DNA from: Phoronis australis
Taxonomy: Eukaryota > Animalia > Phoronida
Assembly: GCA_002633005.1 (NCBI GenBank)
Contig: NMRA01000227.1
Location: forward strand, 365,863 to 429,862
Direction of reading: 5' to 3'
Length of the DNA: 64,000 nt
Shown here: piece by piece, positions 38,700 through 52,188 of the stretch
Layout: every line of letters begins with the position of its first letter
Numbering within the stretch: position 1 is the stretch's first letter
Notes under the pieces: model-generated
Databases searched by the model: none
What the model was told of the DNA's origin: nothing
The model's input: the letters and a program-made list of their open reading frames with translations, nothing else
Translations under genes and position numbers: made by a program

Positions 38700-39098
38700 G
38701 TAGGTCATAGGAAGAGATGTTTAAGTAGGACATGCATTGTGTTACTCACATGTCGTCTAGTCTATCATGCTTTGAATTGTGGGGCAAGATGTGATGAGAC
38801 AAAGAGTCTAAGTACCTCGTGTTTGAAAAATGTTCACTTATGTGACCTTGCTTAGGGATGTGTGGACGGTTGCTTGAAACAGTCCTGATAGAATTTTAAA
38901 AGTTATATTTTCTATCTTTATCGGAATAGCCATGACAACCAATTATTATGCATTAAGTAATCACTGTGTTATAGTGTGCTGTGGCATGGTGAGTTATTGA
39001 TTTGTGATACTGTAAACAGGTGAATTAGCCCGCCCTTATAGCAGCCATTGAAACATTATGCATCAGACACAGGTCCAATGTTTGTTTTACTTCTCTAG

Positions 39099-39267
39099 AT
39101 AAGCAGGTTCTACATGACATCAGACGTATAGCTGGAGACAACACGTATACACCTACAGATCCCAGGGAGTTAGCAGGTCGACTCTTTACCACCTGTTACA
39201 TGTACTCCAATCACAGCTCTACGACAACGCGTAATTGTGCTACTCAATTGGCCCAGCAAATCGGCAG
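39099..39267 (+). CDS. NADSYN1: NADSYN1 exon 11
   Basis: KQVLHDIRRIAGDNTYTPTDPRELAGRLFTTCYMYSNHSSTTTRNCATQLAQQIG. Confidence 0.95.
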
Positions 39268-39714
39268 GTGATATTTTGTTATATTTGTTGTTTCAGAGCA
39301 GTCAAGCTCTTCTGTTTTGAGTTTAAATGATTAAACGTTCTCTTCACTGTAGTGCTTTTACTGGGACGTAGACCTCACCGCTGACAGACATTACATCTGT
39401 TCCTGAAGTGTCTGTTGAAATAGTTTTGTTTTCAAAATTGCAAAGACATCCTTTCAAATGTGGACACTCTTGTCGTTGCATCTGAATCGCCACTATCGCT
39501 TCATAGCAAGTGGCTTTGCAGTGCAGGAAATGACGTTTCCTAAGAGTATAGTCAGTCATGGACCTTCTTTCCATGCCACAGCAAATTTATTTTCTGAAGG
39601 AATTTCTTTTCACAGAACCCATGTTTACTTCCTTTTCAAAATTTCAGACAGTCAAGATAACGTCATGTGAAACTGTTCGAATGGGATATGCAGATTGATT
39701 TGCTAGGTCCAAGC

Positions 39715-40020
39715 AAGGCCAACGTGGTGATTGGCTACAATGACCCAGTAACTGAAACACCACTGCAAAGAGGCTAACCTTGTGATTGGCTAACAATGTC
39801 ATGACCCAATAACTGAGACACCACTACAGAGAGCAATGCTAATCTTGTGATTGGCTAAAAATGTCATGACTCAATAATTGAGACACCACCACAAAGAGCA
39901 ATGTTAACCTTGTGATGGGCTAAAAATGTCATGATTCAATAATTGAGACACCACTACAGAGAGCAATGCTAACCTTGTGATTGGCTAACAATATCAGGAC
40001 TCAATAACTGAGACACCGCA
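39715..40020. repeat. 65-bp minisatellite, about 5 copies
   Basis: GTGATTGGCTA at 39727, 39782, 39847, (39912 variant), 39977. Confidence 0.88.
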
Positions 40021-40889
40021 ATGCAGATGTTCTGTACTTACCGTTCTGCAAACGCTCTTTTTCTGTTATCTTGTAAACACAATTTTTTTATCAACGTGGC
40101 ACATTTAAATGGTTTTTAGGTGTAAGCCGGAACCATGAACTTGGTTTATTGTTTACTTTGTCTTATTAAAAAATTGTTGCCAAATTGACAATGACTCGGC
40201 GTGTTCTGAATGAATATGTCACCGCTATATCAACGTGTGAGCGAAGAATGTGTTTGACATCTCCACTGCGTCACTCAAACTAGATCAAAGAGTAGTCTGC
40301 ATGTACACCGCAGCGTGAATCCAAATAACTCGATAGGTTTTAGAATTTAGAATTTAAGTCTGTGTGTTGTTAAGATCACAATCAATATGTCAAATGTGTT
40401 GCTGGGAATATCTGGTCATGCTCAAAAAGCATTTTGTTGGTAGGATAAGAATTCTGACTGACTAGCTAAGCCCTATAAACAAACAATTTTTTATCAATTT
40501 TGGCAACAAGTTTGTCGGCTGTGCCAATGCAAAACTGGACTTTTGAGTCCTGCATTTACGTATTTAACTTCTATTTAACAAAAATGTATAACCAAACTTT
40601 GGAATGGGTCACTTGGTTTTCTGACTTGGTCGCCTAGCTGACAACTGGGCTTTTGAGGACTAGGTCTGTCAGGGGAGATTTTGATAAAAAGGTGACAGCT
40701 TCGTCAAAATTATGGCAAAAATCTAGAAGGAAACCAGACAAATATTAAAAATAATCATTTGAAAATAAGCCAACTTTTTAATTTAATCTGTTATTTTTTT
40801 AGTTTGTCTGGCCTGTGAAGTGTTTTGTGAGGCTTATTGGTGCTGGGAAATATACTCACATTGTTTTAGACTTATATTTAAGTAGAAAC

Positions 40890-41070
40890 AACAATAATAC
40901 AAACAATAATGATACAAACAGTAATGATACAAACAGTAATGATACAAACAGTAATGAGACAAACAGTAATGATACAAGCAGTAATGATACAAGCAGTAAT
41001 GATACAAGCAGTAATGATACAAGCAGTAATGATACAAGCAGTAATGATACAAGCAGTAATGATACAAACA
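40890..41070. repeat. 15-bp minisatellite
   Basis: AGTAATGATACAARC, about 12 copies. Confidence 0.92.
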
Positions 41071-41718
41071 CTGTGTAAGGTTCAAATGCACTTGGAAAGG
41101 AACCTTTATTTCATAGTCACAGAGTTTAAAGGTCAACACAGTCAGAACCCAAACTGAGTACAGCCTCAATGTAAACTGAAAAGAAACAAAGAAATGCTCG
41201 TGGGATAAGGTAACAAAATGATACACATCACAGAGAAGTTCAAATAGACTACAAAGTTACTAAGCAGCTAAAGAATATTCATACAGACATATGCCTACAA
41301 CGAACAGATAGCGTGCTCATGGCCTACGTGACAAAGTCAAAGCATGAAAGTAGGTCAAACATATGGGCCACAAATTCCAAACAGAATTCTGCACAAAATG
41401 ACTAAAGCTAGTAACAACATAACCGAGGAGGTAAGGCACCCATGAACGTTGCAACTAACATAATGAACATTAATACATAGCACTATTTCGGGTTCTAGCG
41501 ACATTCAAAGAAACCGACGTCTTGTCAGCCGAAAGTTCCAAAACTCAATGAAACAATGACCCTAGTGACAAAAGAGGATCATAACCAAAGCTAGCGCCAT
41601 CTATAATCAGTACTACAACTAACGGGGAACCGTACACACTGTGACCACTAGGGGTCGTATCGTTATAACGCTACACTGCAGCCTGTGTTGCTTAAGACTA
41701 TCTCGTGTTATATTTCAG

Positions 41719-41854
41719 CCATCACCTCAACATTGGTATTGAAACTGCTGTGCATGCTATTCTTGCTGTATTTACTCAGTGCTACAAGCTGACACCTAAA
41801 TTCAAAGTGGATGGAGGCAGTCCTAGGGAAAACTTGGCTTTACAAAATGTTCAG
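41719..41854 (+). CDS. NADSYN1: NADSYN1 exon 12
   Basis: HHLNIGIETAVHAILAVFTQCYKLTPKFKVDGGSPRENLALQNVQ. Confidence 0.95.
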
Positions 41855-43032
41855 GTAAGCAAAAGTAGCGTTGAAAGTACGTAGTCATGTTTTGTGGATA
41901 ATTAATTTTTAAGTGACAGTTGTTGATTACACTTGTCACTTTGACATTTTTATGTCGTCCATCATTATCTTTTGTAGTCTGTCGATTTTCTCAAAAATTG
42001 TTTGACAGATTGTGATGAAGTTGCTCATAGGCTTATATGCCAGGGATACACTGGCACGGCTCAATTTTCAAACTGATTTGACTTCTGTGGCAACCCCTGT
42101 TGGATGTTTTATTAGTTTTCTGCAAGACATTCTTTGTCCGTCAGTTTTTGGCAAAATGAGTATCAATTTTGACAAAACATGATGACGTGGTGGATATGGG
42201 CCTACACCAGTTGATTTTTAATTGACTAACGTGAACCCCTGGTGAGCATTTTAGCTTCCGATAAGGGATTCCTTGTTCTTCAATTTTTGATGAAATGATT
42301 ACAAATTTTGCCAGAGCTAGATGCAAAGTTATGTGGTGGGAGTGCACTGGCATCATTTGATTTTCAGATGGTTTTGACCATTGCAGCCCCCTTTTAGCCC
42401 TTAAATTTTGTGTAAGGAATTCAATCTGTCAATTTGTTAGTTTTGATTTTTGCAAAAACCACTTGACGGATCATGATGAAATTTGGCACAAAGTTATGTG
42501 ACAGAGATGCATTGGTACCAGTTGATTTTGAGACAGATTCGACTATACTTTTTGACAAGAAATTCCTTGTATGTCAATTTTTTGATAAACGTCTTCATTC
42601 ACTCACCTTACCAAAAATTGACACAGCAGTCTTTGGAGTACATGCGGCGACACTAGTTGATTTTCAGATGGACTCGATATAACCCGTTGGCAATAAGTTG
42701 TAGTCATATATGACATATTTTGCTTTCTTCACCTCCTTTATGGACAGTTCACAATTACAGCCACGGTTGTATAAACTGTACACTGTTGGAAGGTAGGTGG
42801 TCTACGGTTTCTGCTAACATATGCTGTTAAGATCATAAAAAATGGCTATGCACTTTTTCACATAAAAAATACACTGAGAAGTGTTTAAAAGTTGTTTTAT
42901 TTTGTGTCGATGAACTTGTATTGTTGAACTTTAAGGCATTGTTTACTATTTCCTGAATAAATACTGACTTATGAAAGTAAAACTTTCTTCATCTGACTGT
43001 ATTGTTTCCTTTTTCTCCTCTGTTCTTCTCAG

Positions 43033-43139
43033 GCCCGTGTGCGCATGGTGCTGGCTTATCTCTTTGCCCAGTTGACTCTGTGGGCCAAAGGTCGACCAGG
43101 AGGACTCCTGGTGTTGGGTTCTGCCAACGTTGATGAAAG
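43033..43139 (+). CDS. NADSYN1: NADSYN1 exon 13
   Basis: [35 protein letters not shown]. Confidence 0.95.
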
Positions 43140-44029
43140 GTATTGATATAACTCCCTTGAGCTGATGCTCAGTATTGTGTTGTCTATTGGTCTGGACACA
43201 GACTCACTGTGGTAGTTTACTGAGTACTCCATGCAAGCATAAAGCTCTTTTATTGCAAGTACAACCTTTGTCCTGCCTGGAAACTGGTGGTTTTGCATTT
43301 TTGTTTGTTATTTAATTTATTGTAAATTTAGTTAGCAGTATGTTGAAGGGTGTCAGTTTGATGTCAAAATATGTTGAAGATTACTGTTTGATAAATGTCT
43401 GGCAGCATTGTTTACCTCTGATATAAATATTATGACGATGAAATGTCTGGCAGCATTGTATACCTCTGATATAAATATTATAATGATGAAATGTCCACAC
43501 GATCTCCTACTACATCACAAGAAGTCAACACTTTGTCAGCTGCAAGTGGGTGACTGCAACACAATTTTATTTGATTGGGGATAGGTTAAAATACATGCCT
43601 CTAAATGTCATTGATTGGGTCTGAGTTCTTTGTCATTTTCTTGTCCTTTGGGGTAGTATTGCACATATTCATGTAAAATGTTGCTCACACTGTCTGTTCT
43701 GTTGACATGCTGGCCTGTGATATGCAACCGCACATGTCAGGCATGGGGAAAGAGGGGAGATACTCTCATTCATTTTCAGTGTTTCAGTGGTTTTACATCA
43801 CTGCGTAAGTATAATAGATTTGAAAACGATTAATCTATAGTTTATTTATGTTTTAGTTTGACTTATCACTGCCATTTTATTATTTTCATTCACTAGACTC
43901 GCAAACACTAAATAGTTTATTTGGCGAAACAAAATTTTGCCAAGTATGTTGTATTTACAATTTTTTGACTTCCGCTTTGGTACCTATAAAACTGTATGCT
44001 TAATCACTGTTTGCGAAATTCAGAACATA

Positions 44030-44130
44030 CTGTATTCGTCCGCGTTACTGGCCAGGGCGCTTAAATTGGGAATCTAGAAAAATGGAGTGGGCGGTAAGCC
44101 GAGCATGGGCCGTAACCCGGACGAGTACGG
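44030..44130. mobile_element. 101-bp miniature relative of the 9987-12384 element
   Basis: TA|CTGTATTCGTCCGCGTTAC ... GTAACCCGGACGAGTACGG|TA; same GGGCGCTTAAATTGG and GGGCGGTAAGCCGAGCATGGG motifs. Confidence 0.75.
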
Positions 44131-44817
44131 TATGTTATAATTAATGAGAGGATTACCCTGTCAGTTTTAGACGACTTGCTGTGTGCCCCTTGTATGCTAT
44201 TTTTAAGGTGGCAATAATCCTGCATTCCGTTAAAGAAACTAAATTTTGATTTAGACTACTTATCACTTTAAAAGTTGTATAAAATCGTTCCTTGCTCAGG
44301 TGAGAAGTGATATTTGGTCTTCCAAAAACTGACAGTTCCTCAAATTCATTGTTGGTGAATAAAAATGACACACCATGACAAGCCAACTTGTAGAGCCTCA
44401 GTCTCAAGCAATAACAAACTGTCAGTTCTTTCCAAGGCCAGAAATAACACTTAGCTTGACTAAGGAACAATTTGAGACTGAGTTTTTAATGGTAAGTGGT
44501 CTCAATCATCAGTTGGCAAATTACTGTAAGTGATCTGGTTAGTGGAAATGTTGAAATAACCATCCTTGTTTGTGTATGTGCTGTATGCCACAATGCATGT
44601 GGTAGGCGCATAACTATGGTCTGTGCAGTATGTGGTGGGCGCTTATCCATGCTCTTCATTGCTCTTGTTTTTAATATTTACTTGCAGATAACTCTTTGTT
44701 ACCTTTTAGTTTTTTATTATTTTCGGTCATGGATTTTGTTAGCTTTACAGCAGAAACTGTTGTCTTTGGGAGTGATACTGGAATCCAGTAAGTCACTTGA
44801 TACCTGTTTTATTGCAG

Positions 44818-44949
44818 CCTGAGAGGTTACATGACTAAATACGATTGTTCAAGTGCCGATATCAACCCTATTGGTGGAATAAGTAAGACTGATCTTCGCA
44901 GCTTTGTCAAATACAGCATGAAGAAATTTGGCCTCACTGCCCTCAAAGA
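44818..44949 (+). CDS. NADSYN1: NADSYN1 exon 14
   Basis: [43 protein letters not shown]. Confidence 0.95.
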
Positions 44950-44956
44950 GTAAGAA

Positions 44957-45124
44957 ATGTTCACTGTCTTGCTGACCATAGATAGTGCAATGTTCACTGT
45001 CTTGCTGACCATAGATAGTGCAATGTTCACTGTCTTGCTGACCATAGATAGTGCAATGTTCACTGTCTTGCTGACCATACATAGTGCAATGTTCACTGTC
45101 TTGCTGACCATAGATAGTGCAATG
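44957..45124. repeat. 33-bp minisatellite x5 starting 7 nt after the exon 14 donor
   Basis: ATGTTCACTGTCTTGCTGACCATAGATAGTGCA. Confidence 0.92.
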
Positions 45125-46202
45125 AGTGACGTTTATGATCACTGGCAACTCATCCTGTGGTATTGACAACAAGACAACTAAACAAGCGTGTACAGTTACG
45201 AAACAGTGTACTACAGCTGCTAGCGTGTACAGTTACGAAACAGTGTACTACAGCTGCTGTAACTTTGTGAAAGTCTTCTACTGCTATGTCTATGGGTTTA
45301 ATATTCAAATCAAAATGGATGCCGAATGTATAATTATTTGCTTATCAGAAATGCCTATAGTCTTTTTTTAAAAGCTTTTTTTCATGTCATCCGGATTCTG
45401 ATGTCACGTTAATTTTGTTTTTTAGTAACCATGCAAAAAAATAAATCACTCGGTCAAGGCAGTTCCCTCCATCACACTATTGCACAAAGGTGCATTTAAA
45501 TTAAGGGGAAAGTTCATATTTTCAATACACGTTATCTGGGCAGACTTTAGGGTGTGCACTCTGAGTATGCTGACATGCAGATTGTGATTGCATTGATATA
45601 AACAAATGGCGTTGTTTTGCATTAAAAATGACTTGAATCACAGCAAAACATATCTTTCCCAAAATATTGATTATTCCTTTGTCCATGCGGAGCATCTCCT
45701 GAAAGTTTTTACAAATCTGCTCAACATTTTGGGTAAAAAAATTCTAGCTGACTGACCACACAAGTGATGGACAGAGCCTACTTCCAAGAATTATGTAGTG
45801 GAGGTACTCGTAAAATAAAACAATTATTGACTTTCACACTCAGTATATTTATTCTTGGACCCCAAAAATGTGATAATGACTTCGTCTCTACCTCGTTTAT
45901 TATCGCATTTTGGGGTCTGAAAACCAAAATATTGCCCTCTGTGAAAATCAATAATTGCATAAGAATGGTTCTAACCAGTCAATGTAATTTTATTAATTTT
46001 CACAGAATTTGTCACTGTGGTCTTGGCTGATACGCAGAAAATGCAAGAAAAATAGAGACTAGCTTCGTATACGAAGAAGCGGAATTTGCTTTGATGATAT
46101 AGAATGACACTGGGTTTTGATAGTGTTTGTATCTGTACGCAACTTGTCGTCCTTTTCAATTGCAATGTGATTTGACCCAAAAGTTTGTAATGTTTTTTCC
46201 AG

Positions 46203-46272
46203 CATCCTTGACATGCCTCCTACTGCTGAACTAGAACCACTCAAAGATGGACAAGTGGCTCAGACTGATGAG
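46203..46272 (+). CDS. NADSYN1: NADSYN1 exon 15
   Basis: ILDMPPTAELEPLKDGQVAQTDE. Confidence 0.95.
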
Positions 46273-47229
46273 GTATGATGTCATTGGACCGGTCTGATGC
46301 TCAGTTTTTATGTGCCCACATTCACGCGGGTGCACATTGCCGTCATCTCTGTCTGGGCATCTTTGTTTTGCTGCTGTATCTCCTGAACCTCTAGGAGAAT
46401 CGAAATGAGATTTGGCAGACTTGCTCTTTTGAACCTGACGACAGATGACATCAAGTTTTGAAATGATTTGACTTATTGCTGCGGTTGTGTCTCCTTTACA
46501 CTTTGCAGCATCTTTGTGAATTTGGAAAGTGTTTTCCTTTCTGTGTAATAACAGCCGACCATAAGTTGGAAAGATCTGACTTCCACTGTGCCCTGTAGGG
46601 GCAATTTTAGGTTATCTTCTTTATATTCGGAGTATTTGCATGAAATTTGGCATGTACAATAGCTTTTTATTGAGACAACAGCAACAATGCCTTTTCTTTG
46701 TTGGACGGATTTGACTTACTCTGTGCCACCTAGTGGCCATTTTTAATGTGTCCACATGTTCACATGGGGATTCAACTGCCAGTGTGCCCCCTAGTGGCAC
46801 TTTTAGTTTTATATGTTTGATTCTGTATTTGTCCAATTCCATGATGGATTCTCACTAAATAAGGTAAATATGTTTCTATTAAGAAGGTGACAAATAATTT
46901 TCAGTTTTGGCCGTATGCAACGTATTCTGCGTCATATAGTGGCCATTTTTATTATTTTTGAGTCTGTTTTTCAATGTTTGCCTCTATCTGCCAAACTGCT
47001 GGAAAGATCATTATGAAAATTTGCAGATGTGTTTCTGCTGAGGAGATGATAGCTGACATTTTAGAATCCTTGAATATTGGGCCACCCCTAGTGTCAATTT
47101 GTATGTTTCCACGGTTGTATTTCCTTAACTCTTCGCAAGGTATTTGTGAAATTTGACAAGTTTTTTTCTTATGATCGATGTGACTGCGTGCAACCATGAC
47201 TTTAGGATCTATCTGACTACCACTTTTAT

Positions 47230-48215
47230 TATTTTTATTTTTATTAATGTAATATTTACAATGAGGGTAGCCCCATCAGTTCACACTGCTTTTCATGGGG
47301 GCCCTCGGTAAAAAACGAACAGATAGTAAGACAAAAACAGAATTACACAATGAAAGACAAATTTAAGTAATAAGCAAAGAATAAGAAGTTAACATGGAAA
47401 GACTGATGAAGCAAAATAAAAATAAAATATGATAAATAAAAGATAAAGAAATTAAGACAAGGTAATTAACTAAAAATAAAATAAAAATATAAATATAAAA
47501 AATTAAAACAGACAATAAATAATTAATAAAAGTAAGACATTATATAAATAACAAATGAATAAACATGCAATTTAGACACTACATGGAGTTAAATCTATTT
47601 CTTATAATTCTTTTAAAGGTTAGAAAGGATGATGTAGATTTGGCATCTGCAGGGAGAGAGTTCCATAAAAAGGGCCCGCTGTAGGAAAATGATTTTTTCC
47701 CAGTCTCGCTTCTGCGTTTAGGAAGATTGAAATCAGATGATGATAAGGACCTAGTATTGTAGCGATTAGTAGTCATCTTAAACTTAGTACATAAGTAAGA
47801 TGGGACAAGGCCTTTAAAACATTTGTTCATACAACAAGCAGATAGGAATTGATGTCTTGTGTGAATTTTCATTATACCAGTCTCATTATGAAGGTTTTTG
47901 ATACTAATATCTCTAACACCAGCTCCCAGAATAATCCGGGCAGCCCTATTTTGGATAACCTGGATGGTTTTCATACCGTTGTCTGATGCAACACCCCACA
48001 CCGGGAGGCAATAATCTAGGTGAGGTTGAATGATAGCATTGAAAAGGGTTTTCAGTGTTGCTCTGTTAACAAATTTACTAATGCGTTTCAATACGCCAAT
48101 TTTCTTAGACACCTTTTTCGAGATATAATCAACGTGGTGAGACAATTTAAGATTTTGATCATATATAAGTCCCAGATATTTGTGCCATGTTGTAGCGATT
48201 TTAGTTTTTTACATT
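47230..48215 (-). mobile_element. 5'-truncated LINE (CR1/L2 group): C-terminus of ORF2 plus 3' UTR
   Basis: ORF 47579-48145: KVSKKIGVLKR, IIQPHLDYCLPVW, IQNRAARII, SFSYSGPFLWNSLP; KYLGLI upstream; A-rich tail. Confidence 0.88.
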
Positions 48216-49395
48216 CGCTGCTGTATGTTCAGGGATGCTTGATGATTTTTCATGAAATTTGGCATATAGATTTCTGTTATGGAGCCTACAGCGCCTTTCC
48301 ATTTTTTAATGGATTCTGCCATACGTTGTGGCCATCCGTCAAGCTGCTATGATGGTCACTATGAGAATTGCTTCATGTGTTCTTCTGACAACAGCATAAC
48401 TGACGTTAATTTTTCAATGGGTCCAACTACTGTAGCACACCTTGGTGACATGTTATTACATCTGCTGTTGTATCTCCTAAACCTGTGCCTGCTCTTTATT
48501 CTTATTTATATGTGGACGCATATTGCCGTCATGTCTGTCTGGGCATCCGCCGTCTGCAGCTTTATCTCCTAAACCCCTCACAAGATCTTGATGAGATTTG
48601 GCAGATGTGTTCCTATGAAGGTGACGACGAATTTTGAAGGCCTCCGACTACCCCTGTGCCCCCTAGTGGCAATTTTAGTTTTTTATGTTCACCTCTGTAT
48701 CTTAGTTAGATGACGATATCCTCTGGTTTTTAGATTGATTTGCTACCTAGTGGCCATTTTTACCGTTTTCAAGTTTGTTTTTTGGCATCCTCCCCTGTAT
48801 CATCCAAACCGCTTTAGGGATGATTGGGAAAATTGGCATATACCTTCTTACTGTGAAGTGAGTGGCTGACGATGTTTTTCCGACGACTTCAACTACTATG
48901 GCGCCTCCTGGTGGCAGTTTTGTTTGTTTTTCGCGCACATGGCTGCATCTCCTAAACGCTCAACAAGATCTTTATTAAATTTTTCAAGTCTATTTATTTA
49001 GCTGACGATGATTTTACAACCTCGACTAATGTGGCGCCACCCAGTGGCAGTTTTATTACACCCATGGCTGTATCTCCTAAACCCTCTGCAGGATCTTTTT
49101 ATTTATACGAAGTTGTCAACGAACGACAACAACTTTCAGACAGATCCAACAAACACTGTGCCCCCTGGTGGCAATTTCATTGTTTTCCGCTTTCCTCTGT
49201 TTCTATGAAGCTGCTTGATGGATTTTTATGAAAGTTGGTAAATAGCTGAAACAATGACATTTTCCTGTTTTCGGATGGATTCGACATATTTTGCGCCATC
49301 TAGTTCTCATTTTTTACTGTTTCCTAGTCTGTTTTTGGCATCCTCCGCTCTATCAACCAAACCACAACAAGGATGATTGTGAAAATTGTCATATA

Positions 49396-52188
49396 CCGTA
49401 TTCACCCTAATAAGCGCCCATGCCAATATAAGCGCCCCCCCATGCTGAAGTAATCGCCCAGTCCATGAACACCGCCGTATATGCGAAAAATGCCTTACCT
49501 ACAGTTTCAAAATTCTACAGTAGCGTCTTCAATTTATCAATAAGATCCGACAGTCCTGAAAAATCATTATGCGTGGAAGACCACGAGCCTGACCGCTATG
49601 TCGGTATTTACCCGTGACTATACAATGCACACCTAGATCGTTACATCGCATTTACTCTGGCAAATGAACACTGATGACATGCACGCGCTCGCTCACTCAC
49701 ACACGCAGACGAACTTCAAACAAACATCACGTGGCAATAATGTGCGTTCGTCCAGAGATTTTTCTTGTTTTGCGGAATACGATCTAGCGCAGATTTGGAC
49801 TTAATTATGCGCCCACATATTTATATGTGGACGCATTATGCCGTCATCTCTGTCCGTCCGTCCGTCCGGGCGGTGTCCGTCCGGCGTCCGGCGTCCGCGG
49901 CTCTATCTCCAAAACCCTTTGACATACGTTCATGAAATTTGGCACATATGTTCCATTTATGAATGGGACGGCATGTGCGAACTTTCGGACGGATCCGACT
50001 ACCGGTGTGCCCCCTAGTGGCAATTTTAGTTTTTTACGCTTACCTTTGTATCTTCAAAAGTCCTGAACGGATTTTCATGAAATTTGGTATGTAGGCACCT
50101 AGTAGTGAGATGACGCTATCCTGCCGTTTTCGGATGGATTCGACATAGTTTGCGCCACCTAGTGGCCATTTTTACTGTTTTCGAGTCTGTTTTTGTGCTT
50201 CCACCCCTCTATCAACCAAACCGCTCAAAGGATGATTGTGAAAATTGGCATGTATGTGCTTACTATGTAGAGGACGGTTGACGATGATTTTCCGACGATT
50301 TCGACTACTGTGGCGCCTCCTAGTGGCATTTTTTTTTTTTTGCGCCTATGGCTGTATCTCCTAAACCGTTCGCAGGATCTTTACGAAATTGTGTAAGTAT
50401 ATTTATATGATGTTAACAACGGAAGATGACGACTTTTGGACGGATCCGACTACCGGTGTGCCCCCTAGTGGCAATTTTAATTTTTTTACGCTTACCTTTG
50501 TATCTTCACAAGTCCTTATTGGATTTTCATGAAATTTGGTATGTAGGCACCTATTAGTGAGATGACGCTATCCTCCCGTTTTCAGATGGATTCGACATAG
50601 TTTGCGCCACCTAGTGGCCATTTTTAGTGTTTTCGAGTCTGTTTTTGTGCGTCCACCCCTCTATCAACCAAACCGCTCAAAGGATGATTGTGAAAATTGG
50701 CATGTATATGCTTACTATGTAGAGGATGGTTGACGATGATTTTCCGACGATTTCGACTACTGTGGCGCCTCCTAGTGGCAGTTTTGTTTTTTTGCGCCTA
50801 TGGCTGTATCTCCTAAACCGTTCGCAGGATCTTTACAAATTGTGTAAGTATATTTATATGATGTTAACAACGGAAGATGACGACTTTTGGTCGGATCCGA
50901 CTACCGGTGTGCCCCCTAGTGGCAATTTTAGTTTTTTACGCTTACCTTTGTATCTTCAAAAGTATTGAACGGATTTTCATGAAATTTGGTATGTAGGCAC
51001 CTATTAGTGAGATGACGCTATCCTACTGTTTTCAGATGGATTCGACGTAGTTTGCGCCACCTAGTGGCCATTTTTACTGTTTTCGAGTCTGTATTTTTGC
51101 GTCCACCCCTCTATCAACCAAACCGCTCAAAGGATGATTGTGAAAATTGGCGTGTATGTGCTTACTATAAGGAAGACAGCTGACAATGATTTTCAGACGA
51201 TTTGGACTACTGTGGCGCCTCCTAGTGGCATTTTGGTTTTTTTGCGCCCATGGCTGTATCTCCCAAACCGTTTGCAGGATCTTTACTAAATTTAGCAAGT
51301 GTATTTATGTGATGTTGACAACGGACGATGACGACTTTAGGATGATTCTGATTACCGGTATGCCTCTAGTGGCAATTTTAGTATTTGCCTCTAGTGGCAA
51401 TTTTAGTATTTTACATTGACCTCTGTATTTTCATAGGTCTTCAGGTGTATACTTTGTGTTACTTCGTGACTGTGAAGGAAAAGTTCCAAGTAGAAATTTG
51501 TTTCTGGCATTCTAATGCTGTGCTAATCTCGTATGTTGGTAAATTTGTTTTTAATTCTATGTTTCTGTGGTGCTTTAAGCAACTGGTGTATAGGATGTGC
51601 TTGTATTATGAAGATTACTCACATTTTGCCCCTAGCCTATTGAGGAGACAAGGACCATGCCTTTCCATTTTGCAAAGTATGCCCTCTACTGGCCACTTTA
51701 TGGTACCAATAAACAACCCTAGAAGGATACCGTATGCGGTGCAATTGTGGGCGCATTTCAACGCTCCGCGTTGCTCTTGTTTTTATTATGCAGTTAATTC
51801 CGACTCCACAGGAACTTGAAAATGTTAGGGACATTATTATGAAAACTTAAGGAGGACTTCATATTTTTTGTTGAGTCGAAACTATATTTTTACTCAAGAA
51901 TTCAAGTTGACCTTTTAGCAGTCGTGAGGCAGTGACGCATCATTGGGCGAGTTTTCGCACTGGGATTTTCTGAAAAATGCTCATAATTTAACAACAAAGT
52001 TTGCCACTGCAATATTGTAGAAACTCGTAGGTTGCAGATGCGTCACAGAGTGTAAATTTTATGAATTCTAGCTTACGATTTCACCTGTTTCGGAGACCAG
52101 GTTTCAACCACTTTTGGGCTATAATAAGCACCCCCTTCCTGAAGCAAATTTTTCTAAGCGCCCTGGGCGCTTATTAGGGCAAATACGG
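49396..52188. mobile_element. Pogo/Tc2-like TA-target MITE inserted in a HINE and itself containing a HINE
   Basis: TA|CCGTATTCACCCTAATAAGCGCCCA ... TGGGCGCTTATTAGGGCAAATACGG|TA. Confidence 0.85.
49801..51784 (+). mobile_element. Youngest HINE copy, with three near-identical 451-bp units
   Basis: 5' TTATGCGCCCACATATTTATATGTGGACGCAT hairpin, (GTCC)n, unit starts GGATCCGACTACCGG at 49991/50442/50893; 3' GTGGGCGCATTTCAACGCTCCGCGTTGCTCTTGTTTTT. Confidence 0.85.

Noticed and set aside
49801-51784. Autonomous Helentron
   Set aside because: No Rep/helicase ORF anywhere in the window; only non-autonomous structure is supported.
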